NCBI GenBank assembly: GCA_017615055.1 | Contig: JAGAAW010000133.1 | Coordinates: 2,463-66,462, forward strand | Source of the DNA: Fibrobacter sp. | Lineage (GTDB): Bacteria > Fibrobacterota > Fibrobacteria > Fibrobacterales > Fibrobacteraceae | DNA length: 64,000 bases | Direction of reading: 5' to 3' | Shown: piece by piece, positions 10,604-20,865 of the stretch | How positions within the stretch are numbered: the first letter of the stretch is position 1 | Layout of the letters: every line of letters starts with the position of its first letter | Program-made: the position numbers and the translations under genes | The notes under the pieces: generated by a model | Databases searched by the model: none | Told to the model about the DNA's origin: nothing | What the model saw: the letters and a program-made list of their open reading frames with translations, nothing else

Positions 10604-10637
10604 AATAAAGGACGCTACAAAGCGCCCTTTATTTTTT
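10604..10637. terminator. Bidirectional intrinsic terminator
   Basis: aataaaggacgct-acaa-agcgccctttatt + T-run between convergent genes. Confidence 0.65.
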
Positions 10638-10655
10638 ATACATGAAAAATTATTT

Positions 10656-10797
10656 GAAGGCAGGCCTTACCCGCCCATTTGCATCCGCACCGCTAGGTGC
10701 CCACGAAAATAACCCACTGACCTAAACGTTGTTATATGAACGGAGTGGGTTATTGAGTGTCAGGAGGGTCTTAGGGAGGGCGTGAGCCCGCCCTAGT
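10656..10797. other. Multi-hairpin non-coding element (structured repeat or ncRNA)
   Basis: Hairpins gcacc-gcta-ggtgc; aataacccact...agtgggttatt (perfect 11-bp IR); tagggagggc-gtga-gcccgcccta. Confidence 0.5.
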
Positions 10798-10806
10798 CTC
10801 ATTAGC

Positions 10807-12006
10807 TTATTTGCAAACCTTGTCGAATTCCTTGACCTTGAGCTTGCCAACAGCCTTCGTTACCGCCTCGGCCTCGGTCTTGCCCACGCCCTTCGACGAC
10901 TTGGTGAAGCTCACCTTGTCACCGGAAACGGACACCATCACGTCAAAGGAAAGCAACTGGTTGAGCGAACCCTTGGGCGTCGCATTCACCTCGGCCTTGA
11001 TAACCGGGTCCTTCGAGTTCTTGCCCACGAGCACACCCTGCTTTGCCATCTGGTCGGCAAGCGCCTTGCACCCCTCAGTGCTACCCGTGCAGTCGAAGCG
11101 CACGTTGCACGAAGCCTGCTTCACCTCGTAGGGAACCACAAAGCCCTTCTCGAGCCTTGCCGCCTTCAGGATATCTTTCGGGAAGTCGGGCACGAACGAT
11201 ATGGCAAGCGTCCCCGCCCCAAAGTTCACGTTCGGGATGGTAAACACGGCAGTTCCGTTATCCTGCGTGCGGCGGGAATCGAGCTTCTTGCCGTCCTGTA
11301 CCGCCTTGAGCGGGAAGTCCGTCACCGCGCCCTTCGCGTCGGTAACCGTCACCGTGAAGTTCTCGATAACGTCCTTCTCGAGCACGAGCTTTTCGGGCGC
11401 GGTCTTTACCTGCAGGTTACCGAGCTTAGACGCGATATCGGCACGCAAACCCGGAAGGTTATGCTTCAGGTTGAACGACTCGTTCAGGGTAAACACCTGC
11501 GCAAGTTCGCTCTTCAGCGCACTGTAAGGCTCAATGAGCGCCTCTGCAGCAGTGAGCATGCGGATGGCCTCGTCGTAACGCGACGCATCCAGCGCGGCAC
11601 GGCCGTCGGCCTCGTACTTCGCAATCTTCTCCTTCGCGTTAGCCATCTGCAGGCGGATGTTGTTCGTCATCTCGTCCACGTCGAGCGTCGCGGTGGCACG
11701 GAACTTCTTGCCGTCCTTCGGGAGCGGCTGCACCTTCACCCACTTGAGGTCGACATTCGTCTTCACGTTCTTGTTCGAGGTGTAGGTCTGCGAAATCTTT
11801 TCCTTGCCGCCCGCAGATACATCTTCGGTGCGGAGCCTGTCATCGGCCACGACCGTCGAGGATATCTGCTTGGCAACGCCCGCAATGGCGGTGTTGTTCG
11901 CCTGTTCCTGCGAAACCTCCGAAGAAGCGGTGTACGTGATTACCTTGCCCGCAAACGCGGCTACAGAAAGAGAAAGCAGCAAAAAGGCAAACTTCTTGAT
12001 GTTCAT
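10807..12006 (-). CDS. Secreted protein with N-terminal LPP20-like region
   Basis: Signal peptide (SVAAFA); SQEQANNTAIAGVAKQISSTV resembles LPP20-type helix. Confidence 0.5.
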   Translation of the reverse strand: MNIKKFAFLLLSLSVAAFAGKVITYTASSEVSQEQANNTAIAGVAKQISSTVVADDRLRTEDVSAGGKEKISQTYTSNKNVKTNVDLKWVKVQPLPKDGKKFRATATLDVDEMTNNIRLQMANAKEKIAKYEADGRAALDASRYDEAIRMLTAAEALIEPYSALKSELAQVFTLNESFNLKHNLPGLRADIASKLGNLQVKTAPEKLVLEKDVIENFTVTVTDAKGAVTDFPLKAVQDGKKLDSRRTQDNGTAVFTIPNVNFGAGTLAISFVPDFPKDILKAARLEKGFVVPYEVKQASCNVRFDCTGSTEGCKALADQMAKQGVLVGKNSKDPVIKAEVNATPKGSLNQLLSFDVMVSVSGDKVSFTKSSKGVGKTEAEAVTKAVGKLKVKEFDKVCK

Positions 12007-12007
12007 A

Positions 12008-12979
12008 CTACTTGAGTTCGATAAGAATCAGTTTCTTGGTAATGTTTATCTTGCGCACGGTCACGGAACCCTTGAGCCCGCGGCGGATGTAGCTGTAGAC
12101 TTCCTGCGAGTCGGCGAACTTATCCATGTCGGCAAACACGGTCATGTCGATCGTCTTTGCGGTCTGAACGTGCGTGTTCACGCGCTTGAAAGCCTTCTTC
12201 ACGAGCATGTTCACGTCGTCCTGGATATCTTCCACGCGCTGCTCGTCAAAGTCGCCCTGCAACTTCATTATTACCTTGTACTGAACGCCATTCTTGCGGT
12301 CCACTTCCCAGTAGCCCTTGATCTTCTTCTCGAGACCCGGCATGGCACGGCTCGCGGCATCGAAAACCGCCTGCGCAATATCGCCCCTGCTCTGCCCGTT
12401 TGCGGCAGCCTGGCTAGTCTGGCTACCCAGCAAGCGCGCAGTAGCGGCCTCGTAGGCGCTCAGTTCTATAAGCACGATGCCGCCCTCGATGGAGGCGGAG
12501 AACTTGATATAGATATCGGCACTCAGGGCGAGGCTTGCGAGGTACGAAAGGTCCTCTTCCGTCTCGGCGATATCCTGCTGCATCTGGATGACCTCGCCAA
12601 GGGTCTCCTCGCCGGCAAGCGACTTCACCTCGTACTGGCGCTGGGTCAGGTATCCGTTGATGGCCTCGATGGCCATACGGTTGTTGGGGTTGCTCTGGAA
12701 TGCCTGCAGGTCGCTCTTGCCCTTTGCCTTCTGGGCGGGCACAACGACAATCGTGGGCAACGGCTGGTTGCCCATGGCTACGGACTGCTGTCTGGGGGCG
12801 GGCGCCTGCCTTGCAGGTGCCTGCGATTCGTAGACCGGCTTCTTCGCGGGCCTTGCCTCGTCGGCATCAAGTTCGTCGAACGCCTTGGAAGAACGACGGC
12901 GAGTATCGGCATCGTTTGCCGCAAAGGAGAGGCTCGCCATGAGTCCTATAAGGGCGATCAGTGTTATCAGTTTGCGCAT
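12008..12979 (-). CDS. Secreted DUF6175-like protein
   Basis: Signal peptide; LPTIVVVP, ADIYI, LSAYEAATARLLGS; 1 nt from downstream gene. Confidence 0.55.
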   Translation of the reverse strand: MRKLITLIALIGLMASLSFAANDADTRRRSSKAFDELDADEARPAKKPVYESQAPARQAPAPRQQSVAMGNQPLPTIVVVPAQKAKGKSDLQAFQSNPNNRMAIEAINGYLTQRQYEVKSLAGEETLGEVIQMQQDIAETEEDLSYLASLALSADIYIKFSASIEGGIVLIELSAYEAATARLLGSQTSQAAANGQSRGDIAQAVFDAASRAMPGLEKKIKGYWEVDRKNGVQYKVIMKLQGDFDEQRVEDIQDDVNMLVKKAFKRVNTHVQTAKTIDMTVFADMDKFADSQEVYSYIRRGLKGSVTVRKINITKKLILIELK

Positions 12980-13229
12980 ATTTCTCCTCTTGAAAAGAAA
13001 ATCGCCGGGAATCCCAGGGGACCCCCTTAAAACTTACATAATATATACTTTTTTTCGGGGATACATACAATTTTGTTTACATAGTCTGGATAAATAGGCC
13101 ATAATTTCGGATAAAATGCGTGATAATATCACAAAAAAGCCGTTTTTGGCACATTTTCGCACCGGGGCACGCCCCATTTTCGAAAATTTTATCTAGTTTC
13201 AAGTCTAGAAGTTTTCCTAGGAGCATTTT

Positions 13230-14132
13230 ATGAACGCTAAAATCCTACTCGCAGCAGGTGCCCTGCTCGCCACGCAGTCGTTCGCCATCATCGGTATCGG
13301 CGCGCACTACACCCCCAATTTCGGCACCAAGATGACCGGTTTCGCCGAAACCCCCGACAGGTTCGGCAACAGCGTCAACGTCACCGACGCCGGCGAAGTC
13401 AAGCTGTGGCACGGTGGTTTCGACGAGATGATGCACGGTTTCGGTTTCAAGGTGTGGGTGGATATCCTCCCCATCATCGATATCGAAGCGACTCTCAACA
13501 TCCAGTTCGGTTCCTACGACGCATCGCTCTTCGTGATCAAGGACCCGACCGCAGCTGCAGGCGACGTGAGCGCCTACGACCAGATTGACCTCGAGATTGA
13601 ACTGGGCGGTACCCCGTTCGGCAAGGCGAACCCGAAGTTCGTGCAGATGAACGGCGACCTCTCCATCACCTACCCCCTCACGTTCATCCCCATCATCCGC
13701 CCCTACATCGGCGGCGGCCTTACCTACTACCTGAACACCTTCATCCTGAACCAGTCCTTCACCTACAAGGTCGTGGGCGGTACCTACAACGTGGTTAAGG
13801 CCGAACTCGAAGCCGAAATGCAGAACGCCATCGACGGCGTGATGAACAACCCGGCCGCTGCACTCGACCCCAATTCCATCGCTCTGCCCGACCAGAACGC
13901 CATGGCCCAGAGGCTCTCTGACGCCCTCGTCGAGAACCTGCAGGATGCCGCCCTCGAGGAAGGCCTCAAGACCAGCATCGGCGGTCACGTTCTCGTCGGC
14001 CTCCGCGCCAAGCTTCCGATTATCCCGATTGCCGCATACGCCAACTTCAAGTACTACTTCGGTGGCGACTTCCCGGAAGAAATCAGCCCGGGGCGCATGG
14101 CTGCTGAAATCGGTGTCGGCCTCGCAATTTAA
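13230..14132 (+). CDS. Outer-membrane beta-barrel-like protein with helical insertion
   Basis: Signal peptide, amphipathic strands (RPYIGGGLTYY, AYANFKYYF), C-terminal EIGVGLAI; highly biased codons. Confidence 0.65.
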   Translation: MNAKILLAAGALLATQSFAIIGIGAHYTPNFGTKMTGFAETPDRFGNSVNVTDAGEVKLWHGGFDEMMHGFGFKVWVDILPIIDIEATLNIQFGSYDASLFVIKDPTAAAGDVSAYDQIDLEIELGGTPFGKANPKFVQMNGDLSITYPLTFIPIIRPYIGGGLTYYLNTFILNQSFTYKVVGGTYNVVKAELEAEMQNAIDGVMNNPAAALDPNSIALPDQNAMAQRLSDALVENLQDAALEEGLKTSIGGHVLVGLRAKLPIIPIAAYANFKYYFGGDFPEEISPGRMAAEIGVGLAI

Positions 14133-14167
14133 ACTAAAGTACCCCATAGGAGTTTAAGGGAAACAAA

Positions 14168-14896
14168 ATGGCTAATAATACTAGCAACACTAGCATTCTT
14201 ATTGTCGAAGATGAACTTGCAATTGCCGAAAGCCTCGTAGACCTCTGCGAGCTCAACGGCTACCATGTAAAGCATGTTGCCGATGGCGAGAGCGGCCTGA
14301 CCGAGGCCCTTACCGGGCAGTACGGACTGGTGCTCCTCGACGTGATGCTCCCGGGCATGAACGGCTTTGAAGTCTGCGACAAGATCCGTGAAAAGGACAG
14401 AAGCCTCCCTATCATTATCCTTTCTGCAAAGAACACCGACGAGGACATCATCAACGGCCTCAAGTTCGGTGCCGACGACTACATCCCGAAGCCGTTCTCT
14501 ACCCCGATGCTGCTTGCTCGCATCGAGGCCGTGCTCCGCCGTAGCCGCCAGTCCATGGAAAACGAAGGCAAGCTTGTTGCCGGTAACCTCCGCGTGAACT
14601 TCCGCGAATACGCAGGTACCCGCGGCAAGGAAGAACTCGCATTCACCCGCAAGGAAATCGAAATCCTCGAATACCTGTGGAACAACCGTGACCATGCGGT
14701 TCCGCGCTCCGAACTGCTCCGCGAAGTCTGGGGCTACGAGAACGCCGAATCCGTGGATACCCGCACCGTCGACATCCACATCACCAAGTTGCGCAAGAAA
14801 ATCGAGGACGATCCTTCCCATCCGAAGCTCTTGGTCACGTTCCGTGGCGAAGGCTACCAGATGCGTTCTACACCTGAATGCTCAAAAACCGTCTAA
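14168..14896 (+). CDS. OmpR/PhoB-family response regulator
   Basis: IVEDE, LLDVMLPGMNG, GADDYIPKPF, TRTVDIHITKLRKKIE. Confidence 0.95.
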   Translation: MANNTSNTSILIVEDELAIAESLVDLCELNGYHVKHVADGESGLTEALTGQYGLVLLDVMLPGMNGFEVCDKIREKDRSLPIIILSAKNTDEDIINGLKFGADDYIPKPFSTPMLLARIEAVLRRSRQSMENEGKLVAGNLRVNFREYAGTRGKEELAFTRKEIEILEYLWNNRDHAVPRSELLREVWGYENAESVDTRTVDIHITKLRKKIEDDPSHPKLLVTFRGEGYQMRSTPECSKTV

Positions 14897-16746
14897 AAAA
14901 GCGCCTAATAGTCATCTATTCAGCCATCTTCGCCGTGATTGCACTCCCGGTGGCGTGGCTGCTTTACGATTCGTACCTGCACATGCAGGACGAGTCGAAG
15001 GCGGAATGGGCCATGCATGCGGCCCAGGTGCTGAAGATGGCGGACAACCGCATCAAGGACGACCTCGCGATCGAGAACAAGCGCTCCTTCATGGAGTACC
15101 GCTTCATCAAGGTCGCAAAGACAATCTCTGCAGGCGAGCAGCCGACCTACTCCGATCTAGCGCTCAACTTCCCGGTAACATCGTGCAATAGCGATTCCAG
15201 CAAGCTGGACTACTGCAGCCAGTATGCCGGGCTTATCGGGCATTTCCAGATCGACCCCGACGGCGTGTTCAGCACGCCCTACCTGCCGGCAGGCGCGCTC
15301 GGGCAGGTGCAGCTCGAGAACAAGGAAATCCGCGAATCGTTCCAGAACCAGCTCAAGTTCATCGTACGCGACATGGGCATCAAGAACAAGGGAACGGCCG
15401 CCACGCAGGACACTTCTAAGGGTTCCGAGAACTACAACGCACTCGACCAACTCGCCAACGAAGTTGACCTTTCCAAGAGCAAGAACCGCAAGAAACGCCT
15501 GCGCGTGGAACGCACCTCCGAGCAGGAGCAGTTCGCGTTCAACGTGGAATCCGCCAAGATGGATACCTCGGGCCTGTACAGGATATTCCCGTACGTGGGC
15601 ACGATGGACATCGCTATCGAATCGTTCCAGGCGGAACTGAACCGCCAGTACATCGTGTTCTACAGGAACGTGCTGCGCGGCGAGGAGAACTTTGTGCAGG
15701 GGTTCGTCGTAGACCTGCGCGAATACCTGAAGAGCATCGTAGAACTTGAAATCGGCGACTACGCTAGCGAGGACAACCACCTCGCCCTGAAGTTCACCTA
15801 TAAGGGCGACCTCATCTCGTTCGGCATAGACACGCGGAACACCATCAAGGTGTTCGAAGAAAACCTCGCCGAACCGCTGAACGCTATAACTATGAGTATG
15901 TACGTGGACGAATCCGTGCAGGAATCCGGCAACGGGCAGGTCATCAGCAACGGGCAACTGCTGTTCCTGATTGGCGGCATCATGTTCCTGCTTCTGGGTG
16001 GCGGCCTCATTTCCATTTACCGGCTTACGCAGAGCCAACTTGACCTGGCCCAGAAGCGCCAGGACTTTATATCGGCGGTGAGTCACGAACTCAAGACACC
16101 GCTCACCACCATCAAGATGCGCGCCGAGATATTACAGACAAGTTATCAGAAGATGGACGACACCAAGCGCAAGCGCAGCTTTGACCAGATTGCAAGCGAG
16201 AGCGACCGCCTTACGCGCCTTATCCAGAACGTACTCGACCTCTCGAAAATCGACGGCAACCGCTGGGTGGCAAACATCAAGAAGGACTGGCCGAAGGCCG
16301 TGCTCGACGACTTCGTGACCATGTACACCAAGAACATCGAGGACCACGGCTTTTCGCTTACCGTATCTTGCGACTCGGATATCGACCGCGTGCAGCTGAT
16401 GATGGACCGCGACGCCGTGATGCAGATCCTCACGAACCTCGTGGACAACTCGCTCAAGTTCTCGAAGAACGCCGACTACAAGATGATCATCATCGAGATG
16501 AAGACAGAAGGCGACCACGTGTACCTCGCCGTGCGCGACTACGGCCCGGGCATTCCGCCCTCCGAAATGAAGAAGGTGTTCCAGGAATTCTACCGCGTAG
16601 AAAATGAGATGACCCGCACCACGAAGGGCACCGGCATCGGGCTTTCTATGGTGAAAAAGCTCTGCGCACTCTCGAACATGAAAATCGAGATCGAGAACGC
16701 GAACCCCGGTTTGCGCACGAAAATCCATTTCCCGCCCATGGTCTAA
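14878..16746 (+). CDS. Membrane sensor histidine kinase
   Basis: Two TM segments; H-box VSHELKTPLTTI, N-box NLVDNSLKF, DYGPGI, GTGIGL; overlaps regulator by 19 nt. Confidence 0.95.
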   Translation: MLKNRLKKRLIVIYSAIFAVIALPVAWLLYDSYLHMQDESKAEWAMHAAQVLKMADNRIKDDLAIENKRSFMEYRFIKVAKTISAGEQPTYSDLALNFPVTSCNSDSSKLDYCSQYAGLIGHFQIDPDGVFSTPYLPAGALGQVQLENKEIRESFQNQLKFIVRDMGIKNKGTAATQDTSKGSENYNALDQLANEVDLSKSKNRKKRLRVERTSEQEQFAFNVESAKMDTSGLYRIFPYVGTMDIAIESFQAELNRQYIVFYRNVLRGEENFVQGFVVDLREYLKSIVELEIGDYASEDNHLALKFTYKGDLISFGIDTRNTIKVFEENLAEPLNAITMSMYVDESVQESGNGQVISNGQLLFLIGGIMFLLLGGGLISIYRLTQSQLDLAQKRQDFISAVSHELKTPLTTIKMRAEILQTSYQKMDDTKRKRSFDQIASESDRLTRLIQNVLDLSKIDGNRWVANIKKDWPKAVLDDFVTMYTKNIEDHGFSLTVSCDSDIDRVQLMMDRDAVMQILTNLVDNSLKFSKNADYKMIIIEMKTEGDHVYLAVRDYGPGIPPSEMKKVFQEFYRVENEMTRTTKGTGIGLSMVKKLCALSNMKIEIENANPGLRTKIHFPPMV

Positions 16747-16820
16747 TAGGCGAAACTCTCGTATTTTTAGTATTTTAGGGGACGCGGAACAACACCGCGC
16801 CGCTTTGAAGGATATGGATT

Positions 16821-18158
16821 ATGACACAGGAAGACATTCTCGCTAACCCGCAAGACTACGACCTTTCTATCGAGACCGTCGGGAAGGGCACGCTGAAGTC
16901 CCCCATGAAGGGGATCAAGTTCGTCTCGGAAGACGACCGCATCAGCCTTACCACCGACATCAAGCGAATCCATGAATTTATAGACAAGGGAATCGAGGTC
17001 CCGTCGCTCGAGGCTGCAGGCCCGCGCGAGACGATTTTCCACGACCCCGCCTGGACGCGTGCAGGCATCGTGACCTGCGGCGGCCTCTGCCCCGGCCTCA
17101 ACAACGTGATCAAGGGTCTTGTTCAGGTGCTGTGGTTCGACTACGGCGTCCGCAACATCTTCGGTATCCCCTACGGCTACCGCGGGCTCAACCCGTCCTA
17201 CGGCTACTCGCCCATCACGCTCAACCCCGACGTTGTCGATTCCATCCAGGAAGACGGCGGCACCATCCTCGGGAGTTCTCGCGGCATGCAGGACCCGGTC
17301 GTGATGGTAGATACCCTGATGCGCCTCAACATCAACGTGCTGTTCTGCATCGGCGGTGACGGCACGCTCCGCGGCGCGCACGCAATTGCCGAAGAAGTCA
17401 AGAAGCGCAAGCAGCCCATCTCGATTATCGGCATTCCGAAGACTATCGACAATGACCTGAACCTTATCGACCGCACATTCGGTTTCGAGACCGCAGTGCT
17501 CAGCGCGACCGACGTCATCACGAGCGCGCACAACGAGGCAAACGGCGCATTCAACGGGCTCGGACTCGTGAAGCTCATGGGCCGCGACTCCGGCTTTATT
17601 GCCGCATACGCAGCACTCGCGACTACGGTCGTGAACTTCTGCCTGGTGCCCGAAGTCCCCTTCACGCTGGAAGGCCTGTTCAAGGCTCTCGAAAGCCGCT
17701 ACAGCAGTGGCAAGACGCACGCGGTTATCGCCGTCGCCGAAGGCGCCGGCCAGGAACTGTTCAAGGACCAGGAAGAACGCCGCGACGCAAGCGGGAACAT
17801 ATTGAAGAACGATATCGGTGAATTCTTGACCCGCAAGATCAAGGAACACTTCGACAAGGTGGGCAAGGAAGTCAACATCAAGTACTTCGACCCGAGCTAC
17901 ATGGTGCGGAGCATCCCCGCGAAGGGCACCGACGCCATCTTCTGCTTCCAGCTCGCAGAAAGCGCCGTACACGCAGGCATGGCGGGCAAGACCGACATGG
18001 TGGTGGGCAGCATGAACGAGCAGTTCAGCCACGTGCCCATAGAGTACGCCGTGAACGAAAGGAAGAAGATCGACCCGAACGGAACGTTCTGGCACGCCGT
18101 GCTCGGAGCCACGCGCCAGCAGGACTATTTCTCCGGCAAGGGCAAGGGCAACAAATAA
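16821..18158 (+). CDS. pfkA: 6-phosphofructokinase (PfkA family, probably ATP-dependent)
   Basis: TCGGLCPGLN, GGTILGSSR, IGGDGT (Gly typical of ATP use), PKTIDND, MGRDSGF. Confidence 0.92.
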   Translation: MTQEDILANPQDYDLSIETVGKGTLKSPMKGIKFVSEDDRISLTTDIKRIHEFIDKGIEVPSLEAAGPRETIFHDPAWTRAGIVTCGGLCPGLNNVIKGLVQVLWFDYGVRNIFGIPYGYRGLNPSYGYSPITLNPDVVDSIQEDGGTILGSSRGMQDPVVMVDTLMRLNINVLFCIGGDGTLRGAHAIAEEVKKRKQPISIIGIPKTIDNDLNLIDRTFGFETAVLSATDVITSAHNEANGAFNGLGLVKLMGRDSGFIAAYAALATTVVNFCLVPEVPFTLEGLFKALESRYSSGKTHAVIAVAEGAGQELFKDQEERRDASGNILKNDIGEFLTRKIKEHFDKVGKEVNIKYFDPSYMVRSIPAKGTDAIFCFQLAESAVHAGMAGKTDMVVGSMNEQFSHVPIEYAVNERKKIDPNGTFWHAVLGATRQQDYFSGKGKGNK

Positions 18159-18193
18159 AGTAACCTTCTAAATTTTTGTATTATTATTTCACT

Positions 18194-18337
18194 ATGCTCA
18201 AGAAAGAAGACAAAGTTCTAATCCGCACGGCCATGATGGAATACAGGAACCTGCTGTTCAAGACATTCCACGGCACCGACGAAGAAAAGAACCGAATCGC
18301 ACACGTGAACAAGCTATTGAGAAACTGGCAGACCTAA
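18194..18337 (+). CDS. Small hypothetical protein (47 aa), below ORF-track cutoff
   Basis: MLKKEDKVLIRTAMMEYRNLLFKTFHGTDEEKNRIAHVNKLLRNWQT*; stop TAA abuts next ATG (18338); TATTAT 6 nt upstream. Confidence 0.65.
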   Translation: MLKKEDKVLIRTAMMEYRNLLFKTFHGTDEEKNRIAHVNKLLRNWQT

Positions 18338-19099
18338 ATGCAGATTGCATCCAAGATAATCCTTGCCGTACTCCTGTGTACGCTCGCGGGCTTCGCAAAT
18401 GAAGACCTGCGCTTTGCGGATTCGTGCTATGCGGCACGAGCCGAGCAGGCAAAGGGCGACAAGGCGGATGCACATAACGCGAAGCTGATGATCGATGCCT
18501 ACCAGAAGGCGATGAGCGACGCTTCCGTTGCCGAGGCGGCAACCGAAGGCTACGTGAAGAGCCTCTACTTTTCTTTCCGGTTTGTGCCCTTCGACAAGAA
18601 GAAGCGCTCGCAGAAGCTTGACTCCCTAAAGAACGCGACCGAGGCGGCATACGCGAAGTTTCCGAAGAACAAGGACATCGCGCATATCTACGCGACCGCG
18701 GTATCGATGTGGGGCGCCGACAAGAACCCCCTGCAGGCGGTAAAAGACGGGATTGCGACAATCGTGCGGGACGTGGCCACGAAAACCGAGGACTGGCAAG
18801 TGCTCGGTCGCGCCCACCAGTTATTGCCCTACATTCCGCTGATTCTCACATGGCCCGACAAGGAACTTGCGGACAAGTACCTGAACATGGCCCTGCAGCA
18901 GGACCCGAAGGACCTTTACAACTACTTCTTCCTTGCCGAACTGCGGTTCGAGCAGAAGCGATACGCCGACGCGCTTGACCTGATCGAGCGCGGACTTTCC
19001 CGCGGAATACGTACAAGCTACTTTATGGAAGACAAGCGCGGACGCTGGCAGTTGAAGGAACTGAAGAAGAAGATCAACGCGAAGCTCGACAAGAAGTGA
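18338..19099 (+). CDS. Secreted TPR-containing protein
   Basis: Signal peptide; ALQQDPKDLYNYFFLAELRFEQKRYADALDLIERGL TPR motif. Confidence 0.75.
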   Translation: MQIASKIILAVLLCTLAGFANEDLRFADSCYAARAEQAKGDKADAHNAKLMIDAYQKAMSDASVAEAATEGYVKSLYFSFRFVPFDKKKRSQKLDSLKNATEAAYAKFPKNKDIAHIYATAVSMWGADKNPLQAVKDGIATIVRDVATKTEDWQVLGRAHQLLPYIPLILTWPDKELADKYLNMALQQDPKDLYNYFFLAELRFEQKRYADALDLIERGLSRGIRTSYFMEDKRGRWQLKELKKKINAKLDKK

Positions 19100-19149
19100 C
19101 ACGAAGTGTCATCCTGAGCGCAGCCCGTAAGGGCGAAGCCGAAGGATCT
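19096..19149 (+). repeat. REP-like palindromic element (GTCATCCTGAG...CGAAGGATCT family), copy 1
   Basis: gtgacac-gaa-gtgtcatcctgagcgcagcccgtaagggcgaagccgaaggatct; related copy at 59635-59680 on the minus strand. Confidence 0.75.
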
Positions 19150-19169
19150 ACAACAAGTTTTAACTATGC

Positions 19170-19197
19170 AAAAAGCGCCGCGATTGCGGCGCCTTTT
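19170..19197. terminator. Bidirectional intrinsic terminator
   Basis: aaaagcgccgc-gatt-gcggcgcctttt between convergent genes. Confidence 0.7.
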
Positions 19198-19225
19198 AAT
19201 TTTGATACCCGACGAACGAACTATT

Positions 19226-20614
19226 TTACCCAGCCTGGACGGCGGTGAGCGCGATCGTGTAGACGATGTCTTCCACGAGGGCGCCGCGGCTCAAGTCGTT
19301 CACCGGCTTGGCCAAGCCCTGGAGCATCGGGCCGATGGCGATGGTGCCATGGGCGCTGCGTTGCACGGCCTTGTAGCCGATGTTACCGGCAGAGAGGCTC
19401 GGGAACACGAACACGGTAGCCTTGCCGGCGACGGTGCTGCCCGGGGCCTTGAGGGAACCTACGCTCGGGGTAGTGGCGGCGTCGTACTGGAGCGGGCCAT
19501 CCACGAGCATCTCGGGGCGGGCTTCCTTCACAATCTTGGTAGCTTCGCGCACGAGGTCGGCATCGGGGCCCTTGCCGCTGTTCATGGTGCTGTAGCTCAG
19601 CATCGCGACACGGCTCGGCAGGCCGAACGCCTTGGCGGTGTCGTCGCACTGCTGGGCAATGCCGGCGAGTTCCTCGGCAGTCGGGTTCAGGTTGATGGCG
19701 CAGTCGCCGTAGATGTAGGTCTTGTCCGGCATGCACATGAAGAACACAGAGCTCACGGACTTCACGCCCGGAGCGCACTTGATCACCTGCAGGGCAGGGC
19801 GCAGCGTATCGGCGGTAGAGTGGATGGCACCAGAAACGAGGCCATCGACCTCGCCCATCTTGAGCATCATGGTACCGAGCATTACGTTGTCGGCAAGTGC
19901 CGCGCGGGCCTGGTCTTCGGTCATGCCCTTCGACTTGCGAAGTTCCACGAGAGTCGGCACGTACTTTTCGGCGAGTTCTGCGCTCGGTTCGATAATTTCA
20001 ATGTCAGCCGGGAGAGCGACGCCCTGTTCCTTGGCGACGGCGAAGATTTCGTCCTTCTTGCCGACGAGCACGGGCACGGCGATGCCGCGGTCAATCACGA
20101 GCTTCGCGGCCTGCACGGTACGCGGTTCGCTACCTTCGGGGAGCACAATACGCTTCTTCGCCTTGGATGCCTTGAGGAGGAGGCCAGCACGGAACATGGT
20201 CTGGCTCGTCTTGCGTTCGGCAGGCTCTGCGGCGAGGTCAGCGGCAAGGCACTTGGGGCAATGAAGCAGACGCTTGGGGCAGAAGAGGTCGGCATCTTCG
20301 CTATCGGAGTAGATCTTTGCATCGAGTGCGGTTGCGAGGGAGTCGTTGAACTTCTGTGCCATCACGTCACTCATGCCGGCGGCACCTTCGACTACGACGG
20401 CGTCCACAGAATCGAAATCCTGCTTGAGGAAGTCGGCAGCAATCTTTTCCATGAGCACGGCGGAGTTGTGTGCCTTGAGTTCCTTCACGGCATCGGCACC
20501 GTTCACGCACGGCTTGTAGGTGGCGGACTTAAGACCGGCGGCGGCAATACCGTCGACAACTTCCTTGACCTTGGCTTCCATGTTTGCGGAAGCGACCAGA
20601 TATACACGGTTCAT
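19226..20614 (-). CDS. pta: Phosphate acetyltransferase with shortened N-terminal domain
   Basis: [63 protein letters not shown]. Confidence 0.95.
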   Translation of the reverse strand: MNRVYLVASANMEAKVKEVVDGIAAAGLKSATYKPCVNGADAVKELKAHNSAVLMEKIAADFLKQDFDSVDAVVVEGAAGMSDVMAQKFNDSLATALDAKIYSDSEDADLFCPKRLLHCPKCLAADLAAEPAERKTSQTMFRAGLLLKASKAKKRIVLPEGSEPRTVQAAKLVIDRGIAVPVLVGKKDEIFAVAKEQGVALPADIEIIEPSAELAEKYVPTLVELRKSKGMTEDQARAALADNVMLGTMMLKMGEVDGLVSGAIHSTADTLRPALQVIKCAPGVKSVSSVFFMCMPDKTYIYGDCAINLNPTAEELAGIAQQCDDTAKAFGLPSRVAMLSYSTMNSGKGPDADLVREATKIVKEARPEMLVDGPLQYDAATTPSVGSLKAPGSTVAGKATVFVFPSLSAGNIGYKAVQRSAHGTIAIGPMLQGLAKPVNDLSRGALVEDIVYTIALTAVQAG

Positions 20615-20865
20615 AAATTATCTCCAAAAAAATCAGTTTGTTGAACGCATAAAAAGTAGGTTTTGAAAGCCGGAAAGTGCAGGCAGGCAGGCAAAATGGC
20701 GGCATTTACGCCACGTAAACTTTTCTTTACCGCAATTTACCATTTTATGCACGATTTTTGCACGCCTTTTGGGGCATCTGGCCGTGCCCCTATTGCTTTT
20801 TGGCCTAAAATAAGACATATTTATGTAACGCCCCACTGATGGGATGTATATAAGGAGCGTTTATT

